Both the position numbers and the translations under genes were made by a program. This document shows, one piece after another, positions 38,834 through 48,145 of a DNA stretch of 57,813 nt. The stretch comes from a virus. Taxonomy: Duplodnaviria; Caudoviricetes. The notes beneath the pieces were generated by a model. That model did not search any database and was not told the origin of the DNA. It saw only the letters and a list, made by a program, of their open reading frames with translations. The stretch is from positions 1-57,813 of IMG/VR virus record IMGVR_UViG_3300029787_000046; one strand, written 5' to 3'. Numbering within the stretch: the first letter of the stretch is position 1; each line of letters starts with the position of its first letter.

Positions 38834-39341
38834 GAACTAACTCAAATGCCGTTTCTTTTGTTTCTTTATTTCTTCTAGTCCAACCACGACCAAAAGTTTC
38901 AAAAGTAGGTAACTTTTCATAAAAACTTTGTCTTTGGTCATACATTTTTTCCACTAAAAACTCAGGGTCTTCGTTTGCAATTAGTTGCAAAGTTTTCGGA
39001 CCAATAGCACCATCTTGTTTTGCCCCGACTATTTTTTGAATAGCTTTAGCAGCTCTGCCTGTCCCAGAATTAACTGCCCAATCAAACACAGACCAATCTG
39101 CACCACTAGGTAAATTATCACATTTGCATCTATCCCAGTAATTCTTTTTGTAAATAGGAGCTACATCATCTTGAGTTAAACCACGCATCTCTTCTTCAGT
39201 AGATTCTCTGCCAATCCATTTATCATACACAGCTTTAGTAACGCCTAAATTTGTCATGCCTCCAGGATCTTTAGGGTGATCTACAAATCCACCCTCATGC
39301 TTTAAAAGCATAGCTAAACATTTATCAAAGTTCTTTTTCAC
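38826..39341 (-). CDS. Endolysin, glycoside hydrolase family 108
   Basis: HEGGFVDHPKDPGGMTNLGVT, FDWAVNSG, FGRGWTRR. Confidence 0.92.
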   Translation of the reverse strand: MKKNFDKCLAMLLKHEGGFVDHPKDPGGMTNLGVTKAVYDKWIGRESTEEEMRGLTQDDVAPIYKKNYWDRCKCDNLPSGADWSVFDWAVNSGTGRAAKAIQKIVGAKQDGAIGPKTLQLIANEDPEFLVEKMYDQRQSFYEKLPTFETFGRGWTRRNKETKETAFELVHG

Positions 39342-39739
39342 TTTGTTAACCCTTTCTGTTTCTCATACGTTCGTAATCCACCTAAACCAAGCATACCCAT
39401 CAACACAGTCATTAAACTGCTCATATCAAACTCAGGCAAAGGTGGGATAGTAGCTCCTGAAAGACCTACCCCAAATAAAATTAAAGGGGTTAAAATAAAA
39501 TGATACAATAAAGCAACACCACACGTCCATCCTACAAAAGGTCGCCAACCACCCTTAAACAAACTGCCTGATGCAGCTTCTGCTTTATTAACTTCAATTT
39601 GTGCAAGTTGTTGTTCATGAGATAATTTATCAGCCATAGTCGCTAACTCATGCGCTAATGCAGCTTTTTGGTCTTTATCTTCTATAACTTTATCTAGTAT
39701 CCCAGTAACAGGACCTATAAGATTATTTAGCAGACTCAT
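39338..39739 (-). CDS. Holin (3TM / GTA-holin-like)
   Basis: QIEVNKAEA, GWRPFVGW, GMLGLGGLRTYEK; next to endolysin. Confidence 0.85.
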   Translation of the reverse strand: MSLLNNLIGPVTGILDKVIEDKDQKAALAHELATMADKLSHEQQLAQIEVNKAEAASGSLFKGGWRPFVGWTCGVALLYHFILTPLILFGVGLSGATIPPLPEFDMSSLMTVLMGMLGLGGLRTYEKQKGLTK

Positions 39740-40397
39740 CTACATTCTCCTTTGGTGATGCAGCTATAGTGAAGTTTACACTAAAAGATCTTCTTTCGCC
39801 AGAAGTTTTAAAAGGATAAACACAATGGTGCAGGTGTGCAGGGAAAACAATAAAATGACCAACTTTGGGTTTCATTAGAAAGTTAGAACCTTCATGGTTT
39901 GCTGCTTGTCCATGAATAAATTGTATATGCCCATGACTAGGGTGGTGATCTTTGTAATCTTCTTCCCACTCTTTTTCTATTCCTTCAGGTAATTGTAAAT
40001 AGCCAACGCAAGAAAGCATTGATCCTTGATGAGTATGTATCGGGTTATATTCATTTTCAAACTGACGAACAAACCACCCACTCGTTATTTCTAACCTATA
40101 ATCAAATATATCAGGTGTTATATTACGCCTACCCATAGAAGTATATAACTCTGCATGACTTTGGTAACGCATTAAAAAAGTACCCATTTCCTCAGACCAT
40201 GCTTGGTTTAAATCGTCATTCCATTTTAATTCTTGTTTTACTTTACCAACAAGATTACCAGACCAATCCTCCATTTTTTGGTCTATAGCATTATTGCATT
40301 TATCAATAAAAGCCTCTGACATTTTTTTGTATCCCAGTATAGGACTAAAAGGTGTCAGTATTTCCTCATCTTTTTGTGGTTCATATATATTTGCCAT
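39723..40397 (-). CDS. 2OG-Fe(II) oxygenase-like protein (HxH type)
   Basis: EYNPIHTH..SCVGYL..FPAHLHHCVYPF..RRSFSVN. Confidence 0.8.
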   Translation of the reverse strand: MANIYEPQKDEEILTPFSPILGYKKMSEAFIDKCNNAIDQKMEDWSGNLVGKVKQELKWNDDLNQAWSEEMGTFLMRYQSHAELYTSMGRRNITPDIFDYRLEITSGWFVRQFENEYNPIHTHQGSMLSCVGYLQLPEGIEKEWEEDYKDHHPSHGHIQFIHGQAANHEGSNFLMKPKVGHFIVFPAHLHHCVYPFKTSGERRSFSVNFTIAASPKENVDESAK

Positions 40398-40406
40398 TTT
40401 GTTTCC

Positions 40407-40613
40407 TTAAGAGAGTTTCTTTTTCAACCACAAAACCAAAGCGAACACAGTAAGACCGTAAACGGTAGCTACGCCAATATCTAACAAATGTTCACGCATA
40501 TGATAAATAAATTCGATTCCTGCCTCTACATCACTAGAACCGCCTGTCCCAATATTTATTGTTTTAGTTCCTATTGTGGAAGCTGATTGCTCAATAATAA
40601 CCTCATTATCCAT
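40407..40613 (-). CDS. Small membrane protein
   Basis: C-terminal TM followed by KKK. Confidence 0.6.
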   Translation of the reverse strand: MDNEVIIEQSASTIGTKTINIGTGGSSDVEAGIEFIYHMREHLLDIGVATVYGLTVFALVLWLKKKLS

Positions 40614-40958
40614 TTATTCTTCCATTTGTATGGTTGCTTTTTTATTATCTGCTTTTGCAGAGTAAGCATTAAATCCCATAAACGCAGCTACAACACCTGA
40701 AGCCGCAATCACATACACACTTGCGATATCTGTTATTAACGCAGCCGCTTTATCAAAACCTAAAACACTTGCTAATAAAATTATAAACGGATAAATTAAC
40801 ATTCCTGCTAATGCAAAACCTGTAAATCTACGCTCAGCATTACGTTTTAAATCACGATCAACCATCTCTAACCTACGGTCTTCTAAGACTAGTTTATTCC
40901 ACTCAGCTTTATCGATAACTCCGTTACCGTTAGTATCTGCTTTTTTAAATTCTGTCAT
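40614..40958 (-). CDS. EF-hand-containing two-TM membrane protein
   Basis: DTNGNGVIDKAE 12-residue EF loop; two hydrophobic helices. Confidence 0.7.
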   Translation of the reverse strand: MTEFKKADTNGNGVIDKAEWNKLVLEDRRLEMVDRDLKRNAERRFTGFALAGMLIYPFIILLASVLGFDKAAALITDIASVYVIAASGVVAAFMGFNAYSAKADNKKATIQMEE

Positions 40959-40965
40959 ACATCAC

Positions 40966-42081
40966 CTAATAATTTTCTAATACTTCTCTTGCTTGTCTAC
41001 CAATTTCAGTATCCTCTACTACAAAAATATTTTCTTTAACTCTTTCTACTACCTTTTCTGGTGTAGTTAACATCCAAGCACTGTATCTTCGCATCAGGGG
41101 TAGGTTTTCATCATCCGTTAAATCAATTGATCTTGTGGTAACTTGTTTTAAAAAATTATCTAAAACATCAGGATGTAAGAATGAATCATCTCCATCTGTA
41201 AGGTCGTCCGCAATACGCCCTAGTTCTATATCGCTCATATTTTCAAACATTTCTTTTACCGCTTGTTTTTCTGACGCATCAAGCACTTTGTTAAAAGTAT
41301 TTCCTTGTTTATCTACTATCATTTTACCATCAGCATCTTTTTTTCTAAATATGTCATCCATTTCCATTCGCATTTCCGACATTAAAAATTCTGCCTCTTC
41401 GTTTAATCTTGTTGACTCTGACATTGCTGATGGATTTATATCTATATCTGCTCCAAATTTTTCTTCTAACTCCATTTCTTTTCTCATTCTATCTTCATAT
41501 TTTCGCATTATAGACAACACCTCTTTAATCCCTCCAACTATTTCAGGAGAGGCTTTAACTGCTTTAGATGTTGTAGCTGTAGGAATTATTTCTTCTATTC
41601 CTCTAGCCGCAGGAACTACAGATAAAATTCCTGCCGTTCCTGCTTTTTTCATAAAATCTCTTTTACTCGGATCGGCAATTTTTACAGCTTGTTCTGCAAC
41701 CTCATCAGAAGCTCCTAAAGGATAAAACAAATCTTGCATATATCTTAATCCTGCTTTCATAGGCTCTTTAGCTCCATAGGCGATACGACCTGCAATAGGA
41801 CCTGCACTTAATAAAGCAGTATCTAATAATGCCCCTAATCCTGCTTGGTAATCTTTACCTCCTGAGTCGAAAAACTGTCCTGATTTACCCGTCATTTCTC
41901 TCGCCATTGTAATAGGGTTCATCATAACAGCTAAATCACCTGCCTGTTTAGCTGCTAGACTATACGGTCTTAATTCAGGGGGAATATAAGGTGTGACTGT
42001 TTTACGCAACGCCTGTGGTATCCCTCTTAATTCAGGAGGGATATAAGACTTAATCCTATTTGCAACAGTTTGTTCGTCCAT
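40966..42081 (-). CDS. Hypothetical (probable virion-associated) protein
   Basis: 371 aa; YIPPELR twice; SKRDFMKK motif. Confidence 0.7.
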   Translation of the reverse strand: MDEQTVANRIKSYIPPELRGIPQALRKTVTPYIPPELRPYSLAAKQAGDLAVMMNPITMAREMTGKSGQFFDSGGKDYQAGLGALLDTALLSAGPIAGRIAYGAKEPMKAGLRYMQDLFYPLGASDEVAEQAVKIADPSKRDFMKKAGTAGILSVVPAARGIEEIIPTATTSKAVKASPEIVGGIKEVLSIMRKYEDRMRKEMELEEKFGADIDINPSAMSESTRLNEEAEFLMSEMRMEMDDIFRKKDADGKMIVDKQGNTFNKVLDASEKQAVKEMFENMSDIELGRIADDLTDGDDSFLHPDVLDNFLKQVTTRSIDLTDDENLPLMRRYSAWMLTTPEKVVERVKENIFVVEDTEIGRQAREVLENY

Positions 42082-42083
42082 TA

Positions 42084-42317
42084 TTAATTCAGATAAGCTT
42101 TACCAAATCCCTTTTTAGCAGCTCTCACTCCTTGGGGTCGCATCTTTTTATTAGGCTTACTTTCAATTATACCGCCATCACGTTTTTCAACCAACTTAGG
42201 CATAGGGATACCAAATATCTTTTCATACTGGCTAGGAAACTCTCTCGCAATATCAGCAGCAGCATTTTCATCGCCCTCTTCAGCTTTTTCCACAAGCTGT
42301 TTTAATCGTTTATCCAT
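42084..42317 (-). CDS. Small protein with xxGG motif
   Basis: KRDGGII...GVRAAKKGF. Confidence 0.65.
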   Translation of the reverse strand: MDKRLKQLVEKAEEGDENAAADIAREFPSQYEKIFGIPMPKLVEKRDGGIIESKPNKKMRPQGVRAAKKGFGKAYLN

Positions 42318-42545
42318 TTACTTAACTCCTCTGAATTTTACCCCTGCGAACGCAGCACCGCCACCACGACTAATCCTATCAGTATCGGGGGAAGGATAGG
42401 CGTTCCCCATAAAGTAAGGTTGTCCACCATGCGACAACTTCTGACGATTATTTTTCTTAGTTTCTCTACCCATGCTAGGAACACCAAAAATAATTGCGAT
42501 ATCAATAGATTTTCCTTTTTTAGCTTTAGATTTCTTTTTAGACAT
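42318..42545 (-). CDS. Small basic protein downstream of portal
   Basis: MSKKKSK...LSHGG...RGGGAAFAGVKFRGVK; start at the second Met after the GAGGGGG RBS. Confidence 0.65.
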   Translation of the reverse strand: MSKKKSKAKKGKSIDIAIIFGVPSMGRETKKNNRQKLSHGGQPYFMGNAYPSPDTDRISRGGGAAFAGVKFRGVK

Positions 42546-42546
42546 A

Positions 42547-44931
42547 TTACCCCCTCGTCTGGTTTTGTTTCTGCAGAGCAATACGAGCTCGCATTTGAGC
42601 TATATCTTCCGTACTATCTATACGGTCACGCCCTAACTGAAAATTTTGTTGAGCGCGTTGTTGGTCAAGTGCTAATTTTTGCTGATCATTTTGTTGGTCA
42701 GCTACCATTTCTTGTTGACGTAACTGCAACTCTTGCTCTTTTATGCGTACAAGTGGGTCTTCTTCTTGTGCAGGTGGTTGTGATTGTTGATATTCAGCAA
42801 TTAATTGTGCCTGTATCTGTGCCACCATTTGTTCTTGCTGAGCAGGGTCTACTTGCTGCCCTGCTTGCGGCATCTGTTGTTGCGCCATAACCATAGCTTT
42901 CATACCAAGATGTTCGTAAATATGTTTCTCTAATGTCATTAATAAAGGCGGCTGCATCTGTGCAATTTTACTATTCATATACGCAGAATGCACCGCGATA
43001 TGTGCATCATGGTCTTGTTGCGGAAATGCTTGCATTTTACCCTGTCCTGCTGCCGCCTTACTCGCCTCTTGGTTTTCAGTAGAAGGATCCATAGGTTGTG
43101 GTTCTGGCTCTGGGTTTAATATTTGCTCAATATTACTTACACCTAATGCCTCATACACACGCTTATATGACTCATACAAATTGTGCAAATCAGGTGCTGC
43201 CTGAGCTAATTTTAATTGTTCTTGTGCTAAAACAACTCTTTGCGACATACTGAAAATATTTGGGTCACTTACTGGTAAAATATCTACACGATTATCAAAA
43301 TCTTGCATCTTTATCATACCATCTACACCAACATTGTACGGATAAGGTGTAGGGTCTTCTGCAAATAATCGTGCAAGCATCCTTAACTCTGATTTCATAG
43401 ACGTATGCAACCGTTTATGCACAGCACTCACAATCCGTGAGCCACGTTCCAATAATGCGATAGTAGTACCGACAGGCATCTCTGTATTACCCTGCCCCAT
43501 GCCCATATCGGTTGTCCCGATAAACCGTTGCGCTGCCTCTACTACAAAACCCATTAATTGAAATAACGTGCCAGAAGGCTCTTTATATGGTAATGGCATT
43601 AAAGAAGCCTTTAAATCACCTCCAGGAACATCTACATCTCTAAATTCTCCAGGAGCTAAAGGATTTGCCTCATCTGCAATGCGTAACCCTCTGGCTTTAA
43701 ATCCTGCTGGCATATTACTCAACGTACCTGCATCAATTAACTGCCGTAAATTAGCTGTAGCAGTGCGGGATAAGTTTCCAAGTAAGTGAATTAAGCCAAA
43801 ACCATAAAAACCTAGTCCTGGAGTGAATTTATACTGCACAAAATGCGGAATTTTATCTTTTTTAGGGTCATCTGGGGCAAAATTACGCCTAATTGCCAAA
43901 ACTTCGTTCGTATCTAAACAAACTGTTACGATATAAGGTAGCTTTATACCTGTTTCTTCACCTGTTACATCAACATCAGGGTAATCATCGAGATCCAAAA
44001 AACAATGGCACTCATATAATGTAAACTGTTCATCAGTACCCGACGGTGATCTACCTTCAATATCATCATAAGCATCGGTAATTGAATCACTACCTCCACC
44101 ATAACTATCAGTTGTACTACCTTTACCTTCCATATCAAGGTAAACACCCGATACTTGTGCCTTGCGTAACTCATTTTTAGACATTTTTATCACATGAGTA
44201 ACACGTTCAGCCGTTTTTAAATCTGTAGCAACATAAGGTACAAGCACATCTTCCGCAGGAATAAACTTACTTACTGGTCTACCCAACGCCTCATCACGGT
44301 ATATTTTCTTAAACGCACTCCCTGCTAAACCAAGATAATACAACATCTGGTCAAACTCAGGTTCATACTCTTCCATCTCATACATTATCTGATAATTCAT
44401 ATAATCTTGCACACGTTGAGCCTGTTGTTCTGCATCAGGGGTAGGTGTACCAACAATATTAGCTCGCACTGGTCCTGAACTAGGCAACATCTCTTTATAT
44501 GCTTGAGATTGAAACTGCGTAACAGCCTCATTTAATAAAGGGTGAATAACTCCAGTAGCACCATCAAAAGGTTCTGTTCTGGATTCATACCGCATACCTA
44601 GTAAATCTAAACCCTTTACATAAGTATCTTCCCAATCATCACGGCTAGTACGGTCTTCTTCAACAGAATCTATTACATAACTTGCCACACCTGTCAATGT
44701 AGCATCTGAAACCATCGGGGCTAAATTATCATAGAAATTTTCTGGCTCACCACCAAACGTAACTTCCTCTTCACCAAAACTTACTTCCGCACCTTCATCA
44801 TTCTCAACAACTTCGACATTTAAAAAATCATCTTCCTGTTGAGCAAGATCCTCTTCTTCTATACTTAAAAAATCATTCGGGGCTTGTACTAAAGCTCTAT
44901 CAATATTACTTGGTCGTGGGGGTTGTGCCAT
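42547..44931 (-). CDS. Portal protein (P22-like)
   Basis: 794 aa; HPLLNEAVTQFQ, GSAFKK, GFYGFGLIH, RQLIDAGTL; next to TerL. Confidence 0.9.
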   Translation of the reverse strand: MAQPPRPSNIDRALVQAPNDFLSIEEEDLAQQEDDFLNVEVVENDEGAEVSFGEEEVTFGGEPENFYDNLAPMVSDATLTGVASYVIDSVEEDRTSRDDWEDTYVKGLDLLGMRYESRTEPFDGATGVIHPLLNEAVTQFQSQAYKEMLPSSGPVRANIVGTPTPDAEQQAQRVQDYMNYQIMYEMEEYEPEFDQMLYYLGLAGSAFKKIYRDEALGRPVSKFIPAEDVLVPYVATDLKTAERVTHVIKMSKNELRKAQVSGVYLDMEGKGSTTDSYGGGSDSITDAYDDIEGRSPSGTDEQFTLYECHCFLDLDDYPDVDVTGEETGIKLPYIVTVCLDTNEVLAIRRNFAPDDPKKDKIPHFVQYKFTPGLGFYGFGLIHLLGNLSRTATANLRQLIDAGTLSNMPAGFKARGLRIADEANPLAPGEFRDVDVPGGDLKASLMPLPYKEPSGTLFQLMGFVVEAAQRFIGTTDMGMGQGNTEMPVGTTIALLERGSRIVSAVHKRLHTSMKSELRMLARLFAEDPTPYPYNVGVDGMIKMQDFDNRVDILPVSDPNIFSMSQRVVLAQEQLKLAQAAPDLHNLYESYKRVYEALGVSNIEQILNPEPEPQPMDPSTENQEASKAAAGQGKMQAFPQQDHDAHIAVHSAYMNSKIAQMQPPLLMTLEKHIYEHLGMKAMVMAQQQMPQAGQQVDPAQQEQMVAQIQAQLIAEYQQSQPPAQEEDPLVRIKEQELQLRQQEMVADQQNDQQKLALDQQRAQQNFQLGRDRIDSTEDIAQMRARIALQKQNQTRG

Positions 44932-46412
44932 TAATAATATTTCCTTATTCTAGGAGCAGTATCTTCTTCCTCATAATCTTCAGGATGCTGAATGAAACCG
45001 CCCTCTCTAAATCTACGTAACGCTTGCGTAACCGTATCAACATAATCATCATGCTCTCCTGCAGGAAAAGCAGCACACTCTTCAACAACTTCCTCTGCCC
45101 ATCGAGTATCTGGAACCCATACTAACCCACTTTCAAGTAATGGTGCAACTGAATTTACTCGAGTGAATTTATCATTTCCTCTACTCGGGCTATAATTCTG
45201 CACTGGAATACCCATAGCTCGCAACTCCTGCGTTAACGGCATACCCGAAGCTTTTGCCTCTATCAATACACATTCAGGATCCCAATACTTATATTCCTCC
45301 AACGCTCGCCTACGCAAATCAGGAAAATCCCATCGTCCACGCTGTGCATCTACAAGAACAATGTTTGGTGGTCCTCCCTCCGTAGGGTAAAATACACCCC
45401 ATGTAGTTATCGCACTATAATCAGCAGTAGTCTGTTTACTATACGCAGTATCATAACTCTGCATAACATACTCCAAAGGAGGTAACTCTTTTTTCTCCCA
45501 ACGCTGCCACCAATCACGTTTTAATATAGCAGATTGTTCACTCGTCGGGTTTTGCTGCCACTGAGCTTCCCACTTACCCACAGACAAACTGCCCTTAACC
45601 GAAAGTAAATCTTCCTTTTTCCAATACTCACCCCACAACGGCTCATTCGTATCTGGCATCAAAGCAGGAAACTCTACAACCTCCCACTTATCAGCTAAAA
45701 CATCTCGCCCCTGCTGCTTTAATAACTTACCTGTTAAATCATTTTCTGCCCATCGGGTCATAATTATCACAATAGACCCTCCTGGTTGAAGCCTCTGCCG
45801 TGGTCCTGACGTATACCACTCATAAGCGTGTTCCATCGCCGTAGGGCTTAAAGCATCTTGTTCACTATGGGGGTCATCAATAATTAATAAATCAGCACCA
45901 CGTCCCGTAACCGCACCACCAACTCCCGCAGCAAAATATTCACCACCCTTTGAAGTTTCCCAACGTCCTGCTGCCTGACTATCTGCTCGCAACTCTACAT
46001 CAAATATCTTTTTATAAGCCTCTGAGTTCATTAAATTACGAGTCTTACGACCAAATCTAAACGCTAACTCAGCAGTGTGCGTAGTCTGCATAATCTTTAA
46101 CGTAGGGCGTCGTCCCATCAACCACGCAGGTAATAAATAACTTCCGAATTCAGATTTCGTGTGCCGAGGTGGCATATTCACAATTAATCGTTTTAACTCT
46201 CCACAAGCCAAACGGTTAAACTTCTCTGCCATTATTTTATGGTGGCGTCCATTTATAAAATCTTCCCACACAGCCTTAGTAAAAGCCATAAAATCATCAC
46301 GGGCTAACTCTGATTCATTAATCTCCTTAGCTCGATCCAATAAAGTCGCAAACTTCTTCAAATGCTCTTCTGGCACATTGGTTAGATCAAAGCTCATATT
46401 TTCAAAATACAT
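44931..46412 (-). CDS. terL: Terminase large subunit
   Basis: NMPPRHTKS Walker A-like, IIDDP, QSYDTA, IEAKASG, HDDYVD. Confidence 0.95.
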   Translation of the reverse strand: MYFENMSFDLTNVPEEHLKKFATLLDRAKEINESELARDDFMAFTKAVWEDFINGRHHKIMAEKFNRLACGELKRLIVNMPPRHTKSEFGSYLLPAWLMGRRPTLKIMQTTHTAELAFRFGRKTRNLMNSEAYKKIFDVELRADSQAAGRWETSKGGEYFAAGVGGAVTGRGADLLIIDDPHSEQDALSPTAMEHAYEWYTSGPRQRLQPGGSIVIIMTRWAENDLTGKLLKQQGRDVLADKWEVVEFPALMPDTNEPLWGEYWKKEDLLSVKGSLSVGKWEAQWQQNPTSEQSAILKRDWWQRWEKKELPPLEYVMQSYDTAYSKQTTADYSAITTWGVFYPTEGGPPNIVLVDAQRGRWDFPDLRRRALEEYKYWDPECVLIEAKASGMPLTQELRAMGIPVQNYSPSRGNDKFTRVNSVAPLLESGLVWVPDTRWAEEVVEECAAFPAGEHDDYVDTVTQALRRFREGGFIQHPEDYEEEDTAPRIRKYY

Positions 46413-46582
46413 CGAAAAATTTCAAAGGGCAATGAACCTATAATCAATATACACAATAGGGGGGTGCATGATCTCGGCTTTTGATCGAGTAAAGTTCACT
46501 ATCCATGAAAAATGTTTTTGGATCTCGAAGAAATATCTAAAACTTGGTTACACCTGACGGCATAACCAAAGGTCGTCTCACA

Positions 46583-46606
46583 GGGGGGTGGTGGGGGGTG
46601 GGGGGG
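46583..46606 (+). other. G-tract cluster (potential G-quadruplex)
   Basis: GGGGGGTGGTGGGGGGTGGGGGGG in an otherwise AT-rich genome. Confidence 0.6.
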
Positions 46607-46625
46607 TCAATGGTGACCAGTGATT

Positions 46626-46651
46626 GGCTAGGGGGACCCATCCCCCTAGCC
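46626..46651 (-). terminator. GC-rich hairpin after orphan paralog 1
   Basis: GGCTAGGGGGA-CCCA-TCCCCCTAGCC, 11-bp stem; no clear U tract. Confidence 0.55.
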
Positions 46652-46658
46652 GTTGTTA

Positions 46659-47081
46659 TTAAGCTTTGGCTTGTGGCTCAACTACCAATTTAACGTAGCC
46701 AGTACCATAAACTGAACTGCTTGGAGTATAACCACCGTTTAACATTGCCAATAAACAAATAGGTGATTTAGTGCTGTGACCCAAAGGCTTGGCAGCATTA
46801 AGAATTGAAAACAAGCTGTGACTACCGTCAACACCTTTCAACAACCAATCTTGAATTGTAGCGCGGACACCGCCAGTTTTACCAGTGTATCCAAATGGTA
46901 CGGGCTGATCAGAATCTAACTTAACATTGTCAAGTGGAACAACCTGAACATTATGTATATTGCCACCTGCTTCAGCGTTAACGAACGCCCAGATGTCAGA
47001 GTAGTTAAGAGGAGAACCAGTATTTTGTAGCGTTGCTACTGCGACTGATTGAGTTGCGGTTTTTGTTTTTGCTTGTGCCAT
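46659..47081 (-). CDS. Orphan protein, paralog of 47497-47922
   Basis: Start MAQAKT after GTAGAAAGGG RBS; shares DIW.FV...AGGN..NV..VPLDNV.L.SD.PVPFGY.G..GGVR..IQDW with the neighbour. Confidence 0.8.
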   Translation of the reverse strand: MAQAKTKTATQSVAVATLQNTGSPLNYSDIWAFVNAEAGGNIHNVQVVPLDNVKLDSDQPVPFGYTGKTGGVRATIQDWLLKGVDGSHSLFSILNAAKPLGHSTKSPICLLAMLNGGYTPSSSVYGTGYVKLVVEPQAKA

Positions 47082-47180
47082 TTTATAACCCTTTCTACGG
47101 TTTATGACTGTAACCATTATTGGCTACATATTCTTTCTACTATAGTTCACTATTATTGTAAACCCCTTTTGTGAACTTTT

Positions 47181-47243
47181 TTACATTTTATTTAAACTAA
47201 TAATGCTGACTATTATTATGACAGCAACTATCAAGATTGACAT
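47181..47243 (-). CDS. Hydrophobic micropeptide MSILIVAVIIIVSIISLNKM
   Basis: AAGGA RBS, TTGACA element at 47291-47296, single-TM composition. Confidence 0.45.
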   Translation of the reverse strand: MSILIVAVIIIVSIISLNKM

Positions 47244-47469
47244 ATTCATTCCTTATTGTTATTAACATTAACAAATGTAACCCAGTGAAATGTCAAACAG
47301 TATTTTGTTTAATCTTTTTTTGTGGGGGAAAATCCTCAAGAATCTTCAAACGATGATTAATGATGAGTACTTGAGGAAGATTGATTAATATATATACTCA
47401 TATATATATGTCGTCTTTCATCCTCAGGAAAGGGATCATTATCTTTCTTCCTCGGGAAAGGGAAGGGAG

Positions 47470-47491
47470 AAAAAGGGGACCGAAGTCCCCT
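47470..47491 (-). terminator. Rho-independent terminator with UUCG tetraloop
   Basis: AGGGGAC-TTCG-GTCCCCT-TTTT. Confidence 0.85.
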
Positions 47492-47496
47492 GATCC

Positions 47497-47922
47497 TTAA
47501 GCTTGAACTACGAGCTTGACATATGGTGTCATCCAGTATTTACTAGACGGTGAGTATCCACCATGCAAGAGCGCGTGTAGACAAACAGGCTTTTTGCGAC
47601 TGTGTCCTAATGGAGCGGCTTTAGTGAGAACCGCTTTAAGTGTGAGATCGCCATCAACACCGCGTAGCATCCAGTCTTGTATTTTCTGGCGTACACCCCC
47701 GGAACGTCCACCGTAACCAAATGGCACAGGCGCGTCAGACTTGAGGTCAACATTGTCAAGAGGTACGATTTTCACGTTTGCCTCATTGCCACCTGCCTTA
47801 GTCTGGACAAAATTCCAGATGTCATCGTAAGTAAGCTCTTGGTCAGTGACCATTAACTCAACGGATTTTACCACCTTTTTAGTGGCAGATTTAGGGGAAG
47901 TCTTTTTAGCTGTATTAGCCAT
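47497..47922 (-). CDS. Orphan protein, paralog of 46659-47081
   Basis: GTAGAAAGGAG RBS, own promoter and terminator. Confidence 0.8.
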   Translation of the reverse strand: MANTAKKTSPKSATKKVVKSVELMVTDQELTYDDIWNFVQTKAGGNEANVKIVPLDNVDLKSDAPVPFGYGGRSGGVRQKIQDWMLRGVDGDLTLKAVLTKAAPLGHSRKKPVCLHALLHGGYSPSSKYWMTPYVKLVVQA

Positions 47923-48067
47923 GATTAGCTCCTTTCTACGAGCAAGAAATTATGGCGCTTTGTATGTCCCTATTAATAAGTGCGCCACGACTTACTAATC
48001 AAGTACTCCAGAATGTCTAGTCCAGTGTCTGGTCACCGTGTACTGGCGAAACTGTGCCAGTAACTAT

Positions 48068-48096
48068 AGAATAGCAAATAGTGAACTCAGGCGCAA
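48068..48096 (-). promoter_or_regulatory. Sigma70-type promoter
   Basis: TTGCGC-N17-TATTCT with AT-rich upstream element. Confidence 0.55.
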
Positions 48097-48145
48097 GTCT
48101 TTTATACTCTTAAATAATCTTTTTTTATAGGGGCAAAATCCTCAA

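Noticed and set aside
24685-40397. 2OG oxygenases as TET/JBP DNA hydroxylases
   Set aside because: HxH motif, location in late structural/lysis modules and no linked methyltransferase; hmdU can be made at the nucleotide level by the TS homologue
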